Below, piece by piece: positions 49,538 through 59,544 of a stretch of 64,000 nt of DNA (position 1 is its first letter; every line of letters starts with the position of its first letter). Both the position numbers and the translations under genes were made by a program. Source of the DNA: a virus; the IMG/VR virus record IMGVR_UViG_3300044712_002068, positions 6,816-70,815 of that record; one strand, 5' to 3'. The notes under the pieces are model-generated. The model was not told the DNA's origin. It did not search any database and saw only the letters and a program-made list of their open reading frames with translations.

Positions 49538-49942
49538 ATGGCAATTATCTCTTACGACGATTTTGAAGGGCACCACATCGGTCATGAGATTGACGCTGAA
49601 TTCACCCGTTTGGGCGTCGGCGATCTTGGTGACGGGGGCCTGGAGTCGTCAGGCCCGTTTTGGGATCTTGGAGGTAGCCCAATTCTTGAAAAGAAGCCGG
49701 AAAGTCTTGACCCAATCAAAGCCGTGGTTTTCATTCGCAGTAGTGATGCGATGTGGCGTTGTTGGGCTGCTCCCCTGCTGGCTCACCTCAAAACGATTGA
49801 GAGCGGAACGTATTACAGGTCTATTTGGAAGGAAATAGCGCTGTTTGAGGTTGCGTATAAAGATGCTGACGATCGGCTCTCTCGTCAGGTAGGTGCAGAG
49901 AATCAACCCAATGCAGCTCAGATGTCTGCTCTAATCGCCTAA
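49538..49942 (+). CDS. Hypothetical acidic protein (moron)
   Basis: ATG immediately after strong promoter. Confidence 0.55.
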   Translation: MAIISYDDFEGHHIGHEIDAEFTRLGVGDLGDGGLESSGPFWDLGGSPILEKKPESLDPIKAVVFIRSSDAMWRCWAAPLLAHLKTIESGTYYRSIWKEIALFEVAYKDADDRLSRQVGAENQPNAAQMSALIA

Positions 49943-50003
49943 ACCTCGCGATCGCCCCTCTCGCCAATCAGGGGCAATTGATACCACTCAGAGGGCACCT
50001 CAA

Positions 50004-50243
50004 ATGCTTTTTACTCAAGTAACCGAAATCAACGAACCCTGGGCAAACTTGCAAGCTAAAACTGAAGGATTTAAGCCATGCAAGGCACGCTATGAAGACG
50101 GCGTGCTAACCATGCGCCTTCCCGGTGGTGACGACTACGCAGAAGAGACTCTAGAAGTTGCAACCTTGAAGCAAGCTAAAGAAGTTTTCCTTAGAACAGC
50201 ACTTGATTTTGCTAAAGGCTCCGACGCTTACAACAGTCTTTAA
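50004..50243 (+). CDS. Small hypothetical protein between 17-bp direct repeats
   Basis: GATACCACTCAGAGGGC at 49980 and 50271. Confidence 0.55.
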   Translation: MLFTQVTEINEPWANLQAKTEGFKPCKARYEDGVLTMRLPGGDDYAEETLEVATLKQAKEVFLRTALDFAKGSDAYNSL

Positions 50244-50318
50244 CGCAACAAAACCCGCGATCGCTTTTCAGATACCACTCAGAGGGCGATCACGGGTTTC
50301 ATTTTGGAGAATACCACA

Positions 50319-50582
50319 ATGCCCAGACGACACGGATCACAGAACAAAGGCGGGAAGCTGCCCACCGGCGAGCCCGCTAGAGCCAGTACGCCCAAAAGCA
50401 ATGCAGGTCATGCCCTGCCCGAAGACGTCAAGCAGGCGATCGCCTCACTACCTCAGATTGAGTCTGGCGAGTGGAGTAAGAGCTATCTGGCTGAGCAGCT
50501 CTGGAAAAATTACCTTGGGATGCCAGCAGACTACGACTGGGCGGATCTTGAAATCATAGCCAAGGGTGAAATACTCGTCTAA
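50319..50582 (+). CDS. Small putative RHH-type regulator
   Basis: Basic N-terminal arm, ALPEDVKQAI...SKSYLAEQL. Confidence 0.4.
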   Translation: MPRRHGSQNKGGKLPTGEPARASTPKSNAGHALPEDVKQAIASLPQIESGEWSKSYLAEQLWKNYLGMPADYDWADLEIIAKGEILV

Positions 50583-50603
50583 AGGTTGCCCCTAGAACTT
50601 TGG

Positions 50604-51236
50604 TTATTTCTCGTCCGGCCAGATCGGGGTTTCATCCAGCAAAATGCCCTGCACGCTATCGATTCGACTGCCCTCACTCTGAACGTTCCAATGCCCACCC
50701 ATTACCTCTTTACCTACCAACACGAACTCTAGGGGCCATGCGATCGCCTGTGGTTTGCGGGTGAGCAGGGTGAGGGCGAGCTTATCGGTTATGGGCACCG
50801 CATACAGGCTGGGATAGGGTTGATTGCCCTGTAAATCTGCATCCCACTGAAACAGCAGCTCTGAATCATAGGAGCCCTCTGAATCAAGAAATCGGCTCGC
50901 CTTGAAAATAGAGATTCGGTGGGTGGTGTTGCCTCGTCGCCTGCGGGTCTGCCCTGGCAGCGGCTCAAGCGAGTCGCAGCAAATGTGAATTTTGTAAGGC
51001 TCGCCTTCAGTCGCTTTTTTGAACGGAATATATGTCCAGGTTCGCACCGCTCGGGGTGTGTCGCGTGACACCCGTTTGACCCTGCCGTGTCTGCCTATTT
51101 TTGTTTCTATCACCTCATAGGGTTTGTGCAGCTCTGGTCTGCGCTGTGCCCAGAGCGATCGCCTCACCCAGTCGAGAATATCAATAACAATTCGGTCGAG
51201 CCGCATTTCAAGATTTCCAAACCTTGAGCAGGTCAA
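50604..51236 (-). CDS. Hypothetical protein
   Basis: Long ORF overlapping upstream membrane gene. Confidence 0.5.
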   Translation of the reverse strand: MTCSRFGNLEMRLDRIVIDILDWVRRSLWAQRRPELHKPYEVIETKIGRHGRVKRVSRDTPRAVRTWTYIPFKKATEGEPYKIHICCDSLEPLPGQTRRRRGNTTHRISIFKASRFLDSEGSYDSELLFQWDADLQGNQPYPSLYAVPITDKLALTLLTRKPQAIAWPLEFVLVGKEVMGGHWNVQSEGSRIDSVQGILLDETPIWPDEK

Positions 51237-51591
51237 TTAAGCGCTGTATCTGCTTTTGGTCGAAAATCACCAGAAATACACCGCAGATATAGAGGGCGAT
51301 CGCCCACCACGGCACCGCAGCCAGCCCTACGTTTAACTCCATTTGCCCATTCGTGCTTTTGAGACTGGGGCTGCTGCTGATGGCTGCCACAACGGCCAGC
51401 ATGACCGTGAGCGTGACCAACCGCAGCAGCTGATCCAGTCTGCTGGCTGTATCCTCCGCTCGGGTTTTTGCTCTGCGCAGCTGGGCGATCGCGCTGCTCT
51501 GCTCTAAATCCTGCTTGGCCTTGGCCTGCATGACCTTTTCGAGGCTAGCAACTCGGGTTTCTAGGGCATCGATCCGGGTTGGGTCATCCAT
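51208..51591 (-). CDS. Holin-like protein (coiled coil + 2 TM)
   Basis: MDDPTRIDALETRV coiled coil, two hydrophobic helices, basic C-terminus; late-type motif upstream. Confidence 0.45.
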   Translation of the reverse strand: MDDPTRIDALETRVASLEKVMQAKAKQDLEQSSAIAQLRRAKTRAEDTASRLDQLLRLVTLTVMLAVVAAISSSPSLKSTNGQMELNVGLAAVPWWAIALYICGVFLVIFDQKQIQRLIDLLKVWKS

Positions 51592-51672
51592 GGGCTCACC
51601 TCGCTTTTCCACAGCATTCCCGCGCCATTTTTCGAGCGGGAATGCTGTAGATGCCGCCCAATAGAGTCGCCC

Positions 51673-54600
51673 ATGGTCGCCGTACCCAGACAGCTTAGAG
51701 CCGAGATTGCAACCGCTAAACGGGATGTGGTTTACCCCGTGTATGGGGGCGATCGCCTGCAACCCGTCGATGAGCTGCTGCTCTACCACGGGCAGATGAG
51801 ACAGTGGGATACCTACGAGGATCTACTGCTTGACCCGCATATCTGGGCTGTAATGCAGAAACGGTGGAATGCGGTGGTCTGCCGTGAGTGGGAGGTCAAA
51901 CCGGCGAGCAATAGCGCACCTGATAAAAAGGCTGCGGATATCGTCAGGGCCAATCTAGAGGCGCTTGCAACCCGCACGCCAACGGAGGAAAAGGGAGAGG
52001 CGATCGTCACCACGGCTGGCGGGTTTGACCAAACCTCGCTTGGCCTATTGGATGCGATTCTGAAGGGGTTTGCCGTTGGTGAGATTATCTGGGGTGCGGA
52101 CGGTAAGGAAAATTTCATTGATGAGATTCGCATTAAAAATCAGCGGCGGTTTACCTATGTGGCAGGCGATCGCGGCTATAAGCTCAAGCTGCTGACGACG
52201 GAACAGCCATTTAATGGCATCACACTGCCTGCACGAAAGTTTATTGTCCACACGTTCCAGGGCTATAAGTCGCCCTATGGGTTTGGGCTGGGTGCCAAAC
52301 TGTTCTGGCCAAAATTCTTTAAATCCAATGACATCAAGTTTTGGCTAGCGTTTTGCGACAAATACGGCTCACCCACTGCGGTGGCCACCTATCCCGATGG
52401 TCGAGATGACTTGAGGGATGAGTTATTGAAAATGATCGATCGCATTGCCCAAGAAACGGGCATCGCGATCCCTGATGGCACTGCGCTGAGCTTTTTGGAG
52501 GCAACCCGTAGCAGTACGATCAACTGCTACAAAGACCTGGCCGACTACATGGATCGGGAGGTTTCTAAGGCCGTTTTGGGTGAGACGGGCTCGACTGACC
52601 AGACTGGTGGTGATGGCGGCAGCCGTGCCCGTGATCAGGTGGGCAATGATGTGCGGATCGAGATTGCCAAGGGCGATGCTGACCTGCTCAGCGATACCCT
52701 AAACCGCACGCTGGCTAAATGGTTGACGGAGTACAACGTACCCGACGCCACACCGCCCAAAATTTGGCGCAAATTTCCTGAGTTGGAGGCGAGCGAGGAT
52801 CTAGGGGCTCGTGCGACGAGAGACGAGACGATTGTTCGGTTTATGGAGCTTAAGCCGAGCACCAAATACATCAAAGACACCTACGGGATTGAGTTGATTG
52901 AGCCCGAGCCAGAGCCCCAGCAGCCCTCGACCCTCGACAAGCTTGGCAGTATTTTCGGAGGGGGTGCCCAGCCTGCTGCGATTCCTGACGGAGGCGCTGC
53001 CAATGCACCCGCAGCAGATGCGTCGCCGGAGGCAGACACCCCGACACCTAACACCGCAGATCTGAGCGAGCCGATCGACTTTAGGGGTGATCCTGGCAAG
53101 GCCGCAAAACGACGCACCTGCACCAAAGGGTTTGGGTGTGGTGACACCTGCATCAGCCGTGCAAAGCAGTGCCGTAAAGACTTAGAAGCTGAGGCACTCG
53201 AAGCGCAGCGCTATCTAGCTCGACAAAGCATTAAGCTACAGCTCGATAAAGAGGAGCTGCAACGGCAACTAGCAGAGATGCAAGCCAAGCTGGCAGAAGT
53301 CGAGGCACAGGCGCTCGCAACCCCTGAACCCGGCAGCGTTCTAGATGTGCCTATCGAGTCTCTAAACTTTGACCCTGAAAGGTTTCAATACAAGTTGGTG
53401 CATGGGGCAACGGGTTCTAGTGGCTCGTTGTCTGGGGTCAAGACTTGGGATGCCAACCTCGCTGGATTAGTGCAGGTGTGGCGTGACCCTGCTGATGGCA
53501 AGACCTACGTGGTAAATGGTCACAACCGAGCCAATCTGGCCAAACAGCTAGGGGTTGATAACGTCACCGTGCGCTATTTAGATGTCAAGGATGCCCGTGA
53601 GGCGCGTGTGACAGGCGCGATCACAAACGTAGCTGAAGGCCGTGGGACAGCCATCGACGCTGCGAAATTCTTCAAGGATTCAGGGCTCACCCGTGAGGAT
53701 TTGCAGCGTAAAGGCATCCCCATGAGGGAGGCGATCGCCACCCATGGCCTAGCGTTGAGCGAATTGGATGATGCCCTATTCAGGCGCGTAATCGATGGCG
53801 ATATGCCTCAAGAGCGAGCCGTAATCATTGGGGGCAGTGGGCTCAAAAAGGATGAGCAGCGATCGCTCGTTGACCTGATTGAGCAGCAGGAGAAAAAAGG
53901 CCGACGCATCACCAACGAGGTGATCAGCGAACTCACCGACGTGGTTAAATCGTCTGGCAGTCAGAGCGAGCAGCAATTTGACCTATTCGGCATGACCGAA
54001 ACGACCCGAAACCTGGCACTAGAAAAGGCCACACTACAAGCCAACATCCGCAAGAAGCTGAGCCGTGAGAAGAAACTATTTAGCACGGTGGCTAAGTCGC
54101 GAGCCGCTAAAGACCTGGCTAAGGCAGGCAACCAGATCGATATCGAGCGTTCTAAGGGCGTGTCGGATCAGGCCGCTCAGACCCTGGCAGTGTTTGACCA
54201 GCTTAAAAACCTATCGGGACCAGTCAGCAGCCTGATCAACCAGGCAGCCGAGCGGGTTGCCAATGGCGAGAAAGCCGACCGGGTGACAGATGACCTGTAC
54301 CAAAAAATGGTGAGCAGCCTGCCAGATATCCTGTCGGGCAAGACGGTCGAGTTTGCCGAGTTTATGCAGGGTGCGATCGACTTTGCTCGGCTCAAAAATG
54401 CTGGCAACACCCAGCAGGCAAAAAACTGTAAAAAGGGCTGGCCCTGCGGGTTTACATGCCTGTCTCGGGCTAAGAAGAATTGCAAAAAACCGATTGAAGG
54501 ACAGGCGAAAGCTTACGTCGATTGGTTAGAGCGAAAGATTCAGCTCACACCGGGCAACAGTTTGAGTCAGCTAGATAAAGGAGAGGCGATCGCCAATCGG

Positions 54601-55227
54601 CTGCTACCATCAGACAAGCCATCAGACAAGCCTAAAACCCGTGCAGACGGAACTCTGATGGCAGTTCTAGAGATAGAAGATAGGCTTAGACCTAATCGCT
54701 TTGAAACCCTCGTTGCATTCGATGCAGATGGCAATCAGGTATTTTCCAGGGAAGGGGACAAAGACTCTGTTGATCTGGAAAATGCAGAAACGGTGTTGTC
54801 GCTTAAGGGTATGGTCGTGACCCATAACCACCCATTAGGATGGAATTACCAGGAGGGCGAGCCAGGGCACAAAGGAAACTCGTTCTCTAAAGACGACTGG
54901 AACCTGTTCGCTTATGGCGAGATGGCTGAAATGAGAGCGGTTTCGATCGGGTATCGCCACTCGATTAAGGCTCCCGAGAATGGATGGGGCAGCGGTGAGC
55001 CGATGGATCGCGTCGATCGGCTTGACAATGCATGGAGGCAGGCAAAGAGAGAGGTTGACGTGATTTCGCACATGTCGATTGATCTGGGCTATGCACTCGG
55101 ACAGGCTCAAGGAGAGAGAGCGGTTGCCGCTGCCAACGCAGAATTTCATCATGAGATGGCTGTCAGAGTGGCCAAAAAGTTAGGCTTGACCTACATCAGA
55201 GAACCGTATGAGCCAGTTTCAACTTGA
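51673..55227 (+). CDS. Portal protein (Mu gp29/DUF935) fused to Cys4 tag, ParB-like domain, second Cys4 tag and JAB-like domain
   Basis: DPHI...[37 protein letters not shown]; VVNGHNR ParB motif; THNHP..SFSKDD. Confidence 0.88.
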   Translation: MVAVPRQLRAEIATAKRDVVYPVYGGDRLQPVDELLLYHGQMRQWDTYEDLLLDPHIWAVMQKRWNAVVCREWEVKPASNSAPDKKAADIVRANLEALATRTPTEEKGEAIVTTAGGFDQTSLGLLDAILKGFAVGEIIWGADGKENFIDEIRIKNQRRFTYVAGDRGYKLKLLTTEQPFNGITLPARKFIVHTFQGYKSPYGFGLGAKLFWPKFFKSNDIKFWLAFCDKYGSPTAVATYPDGRDDLRDELLKMIDRIAQETGIAIPDGTALSFLEATRSSTINCYKDLADYMDREVSKAVLGETGSTDQTGGDGGSRARDQVGNDVRIEIAKGDADLLSDTLNRTLAKWLTEYNVPDATPPKIWRKFPELEASEDLGARATRDETIVRFMELKPSTKYIKDTYGIELIEPEPEPQQPSTLDKLGSIFGGGAQPAAIPDGGAANAPAADASPEADTPTPNTADLSEPIDFRGDPGKAAKRRTCTKGFGCGDTCISRAKQCRKDLEAEALEAQRYLARQSIKLQLDKEELQRQLAEMQAKLAEVEAQALATPEPGSVLDVPIESLNFDPERFQYKLVHGATGSSGSLSGVKTWDANLAGLVQVWRDPADGKTYVVNGHNRANLAKQLGVDNVTVRYLDVKDAREARVTGAITNVAEGRGTAIDAAKFFKDSGLTREDLQRKGIPMREAIATHGLALSELDDALFRRVIDGDMPQERAVIIGGSGLKKDEQRSLVDLIEQQEKKGRRITNEVISELTDVVKSSGSQSEQQFDLFGMTETTRNLALEKATLQANIRKKLSREKKLFSTVAKSRAAKDLAKAGNQIDIERSKGVSDQAAQTLAVFDQLKNLSGPVSSLINQAAERVANGEKADRVTDDLYQKMVSSLPDILSGKTVEFAEFMQGAIDFARLKNAGNTQQAKNCKKGWPCGFTCLSRAKKNCKKPIEGQAKAYVDWLERKIQLTPGNSLSQLDKGEAIANRLLPSDKPSDKPKTRADGTLMAVLEIEDRLRPNRFETLVAFDADGNQVFSREGDKDSVDLENAETVLSLKGMVVTHNHPLGWNYQEGEPGHKGNSFSKDDWNLFAYGEMAEMRAVSIGYRHSIKAPENGWGSGEPMDRVDRLDNAWRQAKREVDVISHMSIDLGYALGQAQGERAVAAANAEFHHEMAVRVAKKLGLTYIREPYEPVST

Positions 55228-55411
55228 TAAATCCCTCTCAATCCCTGCCTACAGCACCGTTTGCAGCAGGTGCAGACACCTCAACCGTGAGGGCGATCGC
55301 CAGTGTGCTGCATTCCCCAGCGAGATCCCGTTACCCATTTGGTTGGGTGAGAATGACCACACCCAACCCTATGAGGGTGATCAGGGTATTCAGTTTGAGG
55401 CGATCGCCTGA
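55208..55411 (+). CDS. Small Cys-rich protein, candidate immunity partner
   Basis: CSRCRH...CAAFP.EIP..IW.G..DH..PY.GD.GIQFE; overlaps portal stop. Confidence 0.6.
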   Translation: MSQFQLDKSLSIPAYSTVCSRCRHLNREGDRQCAAFPSEIPLPIWLGENDHTQPYEGDQGIQFEAIA

Positions 55412-55479
55412 CCCGCCCCTAGAACAAATGCCAAAATAGACCACGGGAATGATGGGAGCAGTGCTACGGATGCCCACCC

Positions 55480-57969
55480 ATGCCCGAAACTCTGCCCAGC
55501 GACTCAAAAGACCGCATCTTAAACGAGTTACTCTACCTGCAACTCACAGACAATCTAAAGCCCGTCAGTGAGTTGCCAGAAGAATGGCAGGCTGCGGACT
55601 ATGCCGAGCGAGATGACCTAGATAAGGTGTGGAGCCAGTACCACGATACGGTCAACATGACGGCATCGCAGCTTAAGCAGTGGTCTGAGGGTGAGTATTC
55701 TAAAGCTGCCAGTCAGGGGCGATCGCCCATCACCCGCAATCTTGAGCTACTGAGCACGCCTAAAGACAAGTGGACAGCAAAACATATCCGATGGGCAAAA
55801 AAGACCATCGGGTTTGTGGCACGGATGAAGGAGGCAGGCCAGGGCGAGCCAGTCAGCAAAGATATACCCTACTCAAAGCGTGATATCAGCCTGAAAAATT
55901 GGGCGTATGACCCTAAGAGCAGTTCAGACCACTCTGAATCGCTCGGTTTCAGCGAAGGAGTCAACCGGGTTGTGATGAGGTCTGGGGCGATTGACTTTAG
56001 AGCCGTAATCGACCGGGTTGTTAAGTCGAACGGGCTAGAGATTGGGCTTGAATATTTGCCCGGTGGGGTGCGGTTCCCTGGCACCAAACACAGCAAAAAG
56101 CTGCGCTGCGGCTATGGCCACATCAGGGGCTATCAGGGCAACGATAAGGAGGCACTCGACTGCTACGTTCACCCCGATGTGCTCGATGGGGTTGAGGGTG
56201 CAGGCGATCGCCCCATGTTCGCTGTATCTCAACTCTCGCCAGAGGATGGCGATTTTAATGAGTACAAAATCATGATCGGGTGGGAATCGGCTGACGCTGC
56301 TGAGCAGGCTTACCTCAGAGAAATGCCAGAGGAGTATTTTGGGGGGATTGAGGAGGGCGATCGCGAGTGGTTGCAACAGTTCCACAAATCAGCCAGTTTT
56401 GAGGAATCGATCGACTTTGCACGCCTCAAACTGGCAGGCAATACCCAGCAGATTAAGAACTGCACCAAAGGCTGGCCTTGCGGGTTCACCTGCTTGAGCC
56501 GAGCTAAGAAAAATTGCAAACGGCAGTTAGAGGGGCAATCTGCTGACCTGCAACAGTGGCTAGAGAAAAGCGCAGCAGCGACACCCAAGGATCAGCCACA
56601 AGTCACCACCAAAACAAAACGTCTTACCTTAGACGATGCACTGAAAATCCCCAAAGCCGAGCGTCCATCTATCGTCAAGATTGGCGATAGCTTCAAAGAA
56701 AAGGATGCACCGTACATCGTTGAAGAGGGGCCATACGGCGATCGCAAGCGCTACGCAGAGGATGCCTACACCGATTCATTCATGATCCGCAGCCAAAACA
56801 GTGGGCAACTGGCTCGATACTATGCGGTGATGTCTGACGGCACGACGCAGGGGCTAGATTCTGCGTTTATGCTGTCGAAGCCAGAGCATTACTCAAAGCT
56901 CAAGCGCAAGCTGACCGGCAGCGGTGGGGGCATTGATAGCGCTGCTCGGGAGTATTGGAAGCTCGCAGGCGAGGAGGAACGCACTGCACTGGCCAACGAT
57001 GCCACGCTGCTGGGGCGTGTTAAAGAGCTATTGCCACAATCGACCATCGGCAGCCCTAAATCAGTTGTGCTCGCCTATGATGAGCATCCTGAGTGGGGTA
57101 GACGTGAATACCTCGTGATTGAGGGTGAGCGAGGGTTTCGCACGATCCAAAACATCGACTTTGAGCCCAAAACAAAGGGCAGGTTTTCATCGGGAAATAA
57201 GCCGATTGATGAGGTCTTAGACGAGGAATCTAAAGCCAGTGGGCTATTTTTCGATCGGCAGATGCCTCAGTATTGGAATGCTGACGCGATCGCCAGTGGG
57301 CTAGGAGTCAAGCGGCTGCCCGACGTGTCTGTACCTCCTAATACCTCAAGTGTTTCTGAGGCTGCTGCTCGCAGAGTGCAGTATTTCAGGGATAAGCAGG
57401 ATGCACGGTTTTCAACCGACTCGACCCCAGCGAAACCCCGAATCGAGCTTAAGGATGCTGTGACCCCAGACGACCGGGCAAAATACGCTCGGCAGGAGCT
57501 AGAACTAGCCCGTCAGAGCGGCGATCGCACCCGTATCAGCAAATGGGAGGCAGAAGCAAAGCGCACCCGTCAGGCAGCATTAGAGGCCGAGCAGCAGCGA
57601 CTCAGCCAAACCCAAACCAGCTTGTTTGGAGTGGATGAGCACAGCAATTTGCCGCTGTTCAATTTCAGTGAGGATCGAGCACTCGATATTGCTGCAATCT
57701 TTGCAGAGCAGGCCATTGAGCAGGCTAAACCAGCGATCGCCCAATGGACTGGCACCATACAGAAGCTAATCAACGAGGTGGCGAGCGGGTCTGGCTCCGA
57801 CCGAGAGAAGTTTATCGAGTTGCAAGAGCGCTTACCCGAGCTTTACCCACGGCTCTCGATCGTTGAGTTTGCCGACGTTCTAGGGGCGGCTTTGTCGGCT
57901 GCTGAGGGGGCTGGTCGGTATGAAGTGATTGAGGGTCTAGGGGTTGAGGAGGCGAGTTTTGAGCTTTAA
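55480..57969 (+). CDS. Polyvalent protein: DUF3140-like, inorganic-pyrophosphatase-like, Cys4 tag, unknown domain, portal-type C-terminal helical domain
   Basis: VNMTASQL..W...SLKNWAYDP; YGHIRG..G.D.EALDCYV...SQ....FNEYKIMIG; LPELYP.L....LGAAL.AA...GRYEV. Confidence 0.7.
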   Translation: MPETLPSDSKDRILNELLYLQLTDNLKPVSELPEEWQAADYAERDDLDKVWSQYHDTVNMTASQLKQWSEGEYSKAASQGRSPITRNLELLSTPKDKWTAKHIRWAKKTIGFVARMKEAGQGEPVSKDIPYSKRDISLKNWAYDPKSSSDHSESLGFSEGVNRVVMRSGAIDFRAVIDRVVKSNGLEIGLEYLPGGVRFPGTKHSKKLRCGYGHIRGYQGNDKEALDCYVHPDVLDGVEGAGDRPMFAVSQLSPEDGDFNEYKIMIGWESADAAEQAYLREMPEEYFGGIEEGDREWLQQFHKSASFEESIDFARLKLAGNTQQIKNCTKGWPCGFTCLSRAKKNCKRQLEGQSADLQQWLEKSAAATPKDQPQVTTKTKRLTLDDALKIPKAERPSIVKIGDSFKEKDAPYIVEEGPYGDRKRYAEDAYTDSFMIRSQNSGQLARYYAVMSDGTTQGLDSAFMLSKPEHYSKLKRKLTGSGGGIDSAAREYWKLAGEEERTALANDATLLGRVKELLPQSTIGSPKSVVLAYDEHPEWGRREYLVIEGERGFRTIQNIDFEPKTKGRFSSGNKPIDEVLDEESKASGLFFDRQMPQYWNADAIASGLGVKRLPDVSVPPNTSSVSEAAARRVQYFRDKQDARFSTDSTPAKPRIELKDAVTPDDRAKYARQELELARQSGDRTRISKWEAEAKRTRQAALEAEQQRLSQTQTSLFGVDEHSNLPLFNFSEDRALDIAAIFAEQAIEQAKPAIAQWTGTIQKLINEVASGSGSDREKFIELQERLPELYPRLSIVEFADVLGAALSAAEGAGRYEVIEGLGVEEASFEL

Positions 57970-58021
57970 CAGCAGCAGCCCCGCGCTCTACCTGAAAGGT
58001 GAGCGTCGGGAAGAATGCGCG

Positions 58022-58168
58022 TCAGTTGATGGGGTTCAATACCCCAGAGATTGACAATTTTCTCAGCAACTCACGAATAACATCGGACTGCGTTCTGTCT
58101 GTCAGCTTGCAGTACTTTTGCAAATGCTCAATCTCACGATCTGGCAATCTAATACTAATCTGTGGCAT
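58022..58168 (-). CDS. CopG/RHH regulator of the IS
   Basis: MPQISIRLPDREIEHL..YC....RTQSDVIRELLR. Confidence 0.8.
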   Translation of the reverse strand: MPQISIRLPDREIEHLQKYCKLTDRTQSDVIRELLRKLSISGVLNPIN

Positions 58169-58204
58169 GGTAGCAAATTTATAGTGATATGCTACAATAG
58201 TATC

Positions 58205-59434
58205 ATGCAAACCGCCTACCAGTACCGATTAAGATTGACTCGACAACAGCAAGCCACAATTGATAGCTGGCTTGAACTTTGCCGTAGGCAGTACAACTAT
58301 CGGATGGCAGAGAGGTTTAACTGGTGGGAGCAAAACCGCTGTGATATAAACGCTTGTCCACTTGTTTGCTATCTGCCAGAACTTAAAGACCGTCCTGACT
58401 TCTATTCGCAAAAAAGAGATCTAGTCAACTCCAAAAAGCTGTTTCCAAGGTATGCAGAGATTCCTTCTCATACCTTGCAAGATGTAGTAAAGCGCGTAGA
58501 AAAGACGTTTGACCGATGGCTAAAAGGGGATTGCAATGGCAAGCGTAGCGGCAAGCCGCGATTTAAGGGTATAGGGCGCTATCGGTCACTAGGCTTTCCT
58601 GACCCAGTAAAAACTGAACATATTCAGGGCAAGTTTATTCAACTTCCCAAACTTGGCAAGTTAAAGCTGATTTTGCATCGCCCCATTCCTGACGGATTCT
58701 CTATCAAGACTGCTGTAATTACCAAAAAAGCAGATGGCTACTGCATCGCGCTGTCACTGAAAGATTCGTCTGTACCTGAACTTAGCCCTGATCTGCCAAC
58801 TGTAGATAACACTATCGGGATTGATATGGGGCTGAAATCCTTTTTGATTGACAGCGACGGAAAAGACGAGCCGATCCCCCAGCACTACCGCAAAGCCGAA
58901 AAGCAATTGCGACGAATACAGCGCTCTCTATCTCGCAAGAAAAAAGGGTCAAACAACAGACGCAAAGCAGTCAAGCGAGTTGCTCGTCAGCATCTTAGGG
59001 TTGCTAATCAGCGCAAAGACTTTCACTACAAAACAGCTAAAAAACTGTTATCCAAAGGGAAAAACATCGGGCATGAAAGCCTGAACATTAAGGGTTTGGC
59101 AAAGTCTCGGCTAGCCAAATCGGTTAACGATGCTGGATGGGGGCAATTCCTGCAAATCCTTTCAATTAAAGCTGCAAATGCTGGGTTGATGACGATTGCG
59201 GTAAATCCAAACGGCACAAGCCAGGATTGTTCAGGTTGCGGCACAAAAGTTCCAAAGACGCTTGCTGTCAGGTGGCATAGCTGCCCTGAATGCAAATGTG
59301 AACTCGACCGTGACCACAATGCAGCTATTAATATCAGGAATAGGGCGGTAGGGCATTCCGTTCTTAAAGCTTCTGGAGTCCTAAGCAATAGCCGGACTGC
59401 GAAGGAAGAAGCCCGCGCTCTATGCGAAGCATGA
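58205..59434 (+). CDS. tnpB: RNA-guided endonuclease TnpB
   Basis: AYQYRL, GIDMGL, HESL, CSGCG/CPEC, DRDHNAA. Confidence 0.95.
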   Translation: MQTAYQYRLRLTRQQQATIDSWLELCRRQYNYRMAERFNWWEQNRCDINACPLVCYLPELKDRPDFYSQKRDLVNSKKLFPRYAEIPSHTLQDVVKRVEKTFDRWLKGDCNGKRSGKPRFKGIGRYRSLGFPDPVKTEHIQGKFIQLPKLGKLKLILHRPIPDGFSIKTAVITKKADGYCIALSLKDSSVPELSPDLPTVDNTIGIDMGLKSFLIDSDGKDEPIPQHYRKAEKQLRRIQRSLSRKKKGSNNRRKAVKRVARQHLRVANQRKDFHYKTAKKLLSKGKNIGHESLNIKGLAKSRLAKSVNDAGWGQFLQILSIKAANAGLMTIAVNPNGTSQDCSGCGTKVPKTLAVRWHSCPECKCELDRDHNAAINIRNRAVGHSVLKASGVLSNSRTAKEEARALCEA

Positions 59435-59544
59435 GCGTCGGGAGTATGTCACGAGTGGATCGACTTTGCAGTTACCGCAGCAAAGACAGGCTCAAAAAAC
59501 TGTGTAAGGGAAATCTAAAGGCAGCAACACGAGGTAAAAACACC

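Larger units (their letters stand above)
57964..59452 (+). mobile_element. IS605-family element (RHH gene + tnpB, no tnpA)
   Basis: Near-identical hairpins CCCGCGCTCTA..TGAGCGTCGGG at both ends; right end TCAC; removal restores in-frame ASFE-EWIDFA. Confidence 0.82.

Noticed and set aside
49980-50287. Integron attC cassettes
   Set aside because: The repeats are short direct repeats without attC inverted structure, and no integron integrase is present.
57964-59452. IStron (self-splicing IS) restoring the 829-aa ORF
   Set aside because: The element is filled by the RHH gene and tnpB, with no room or motifs for a group I ribozyme.
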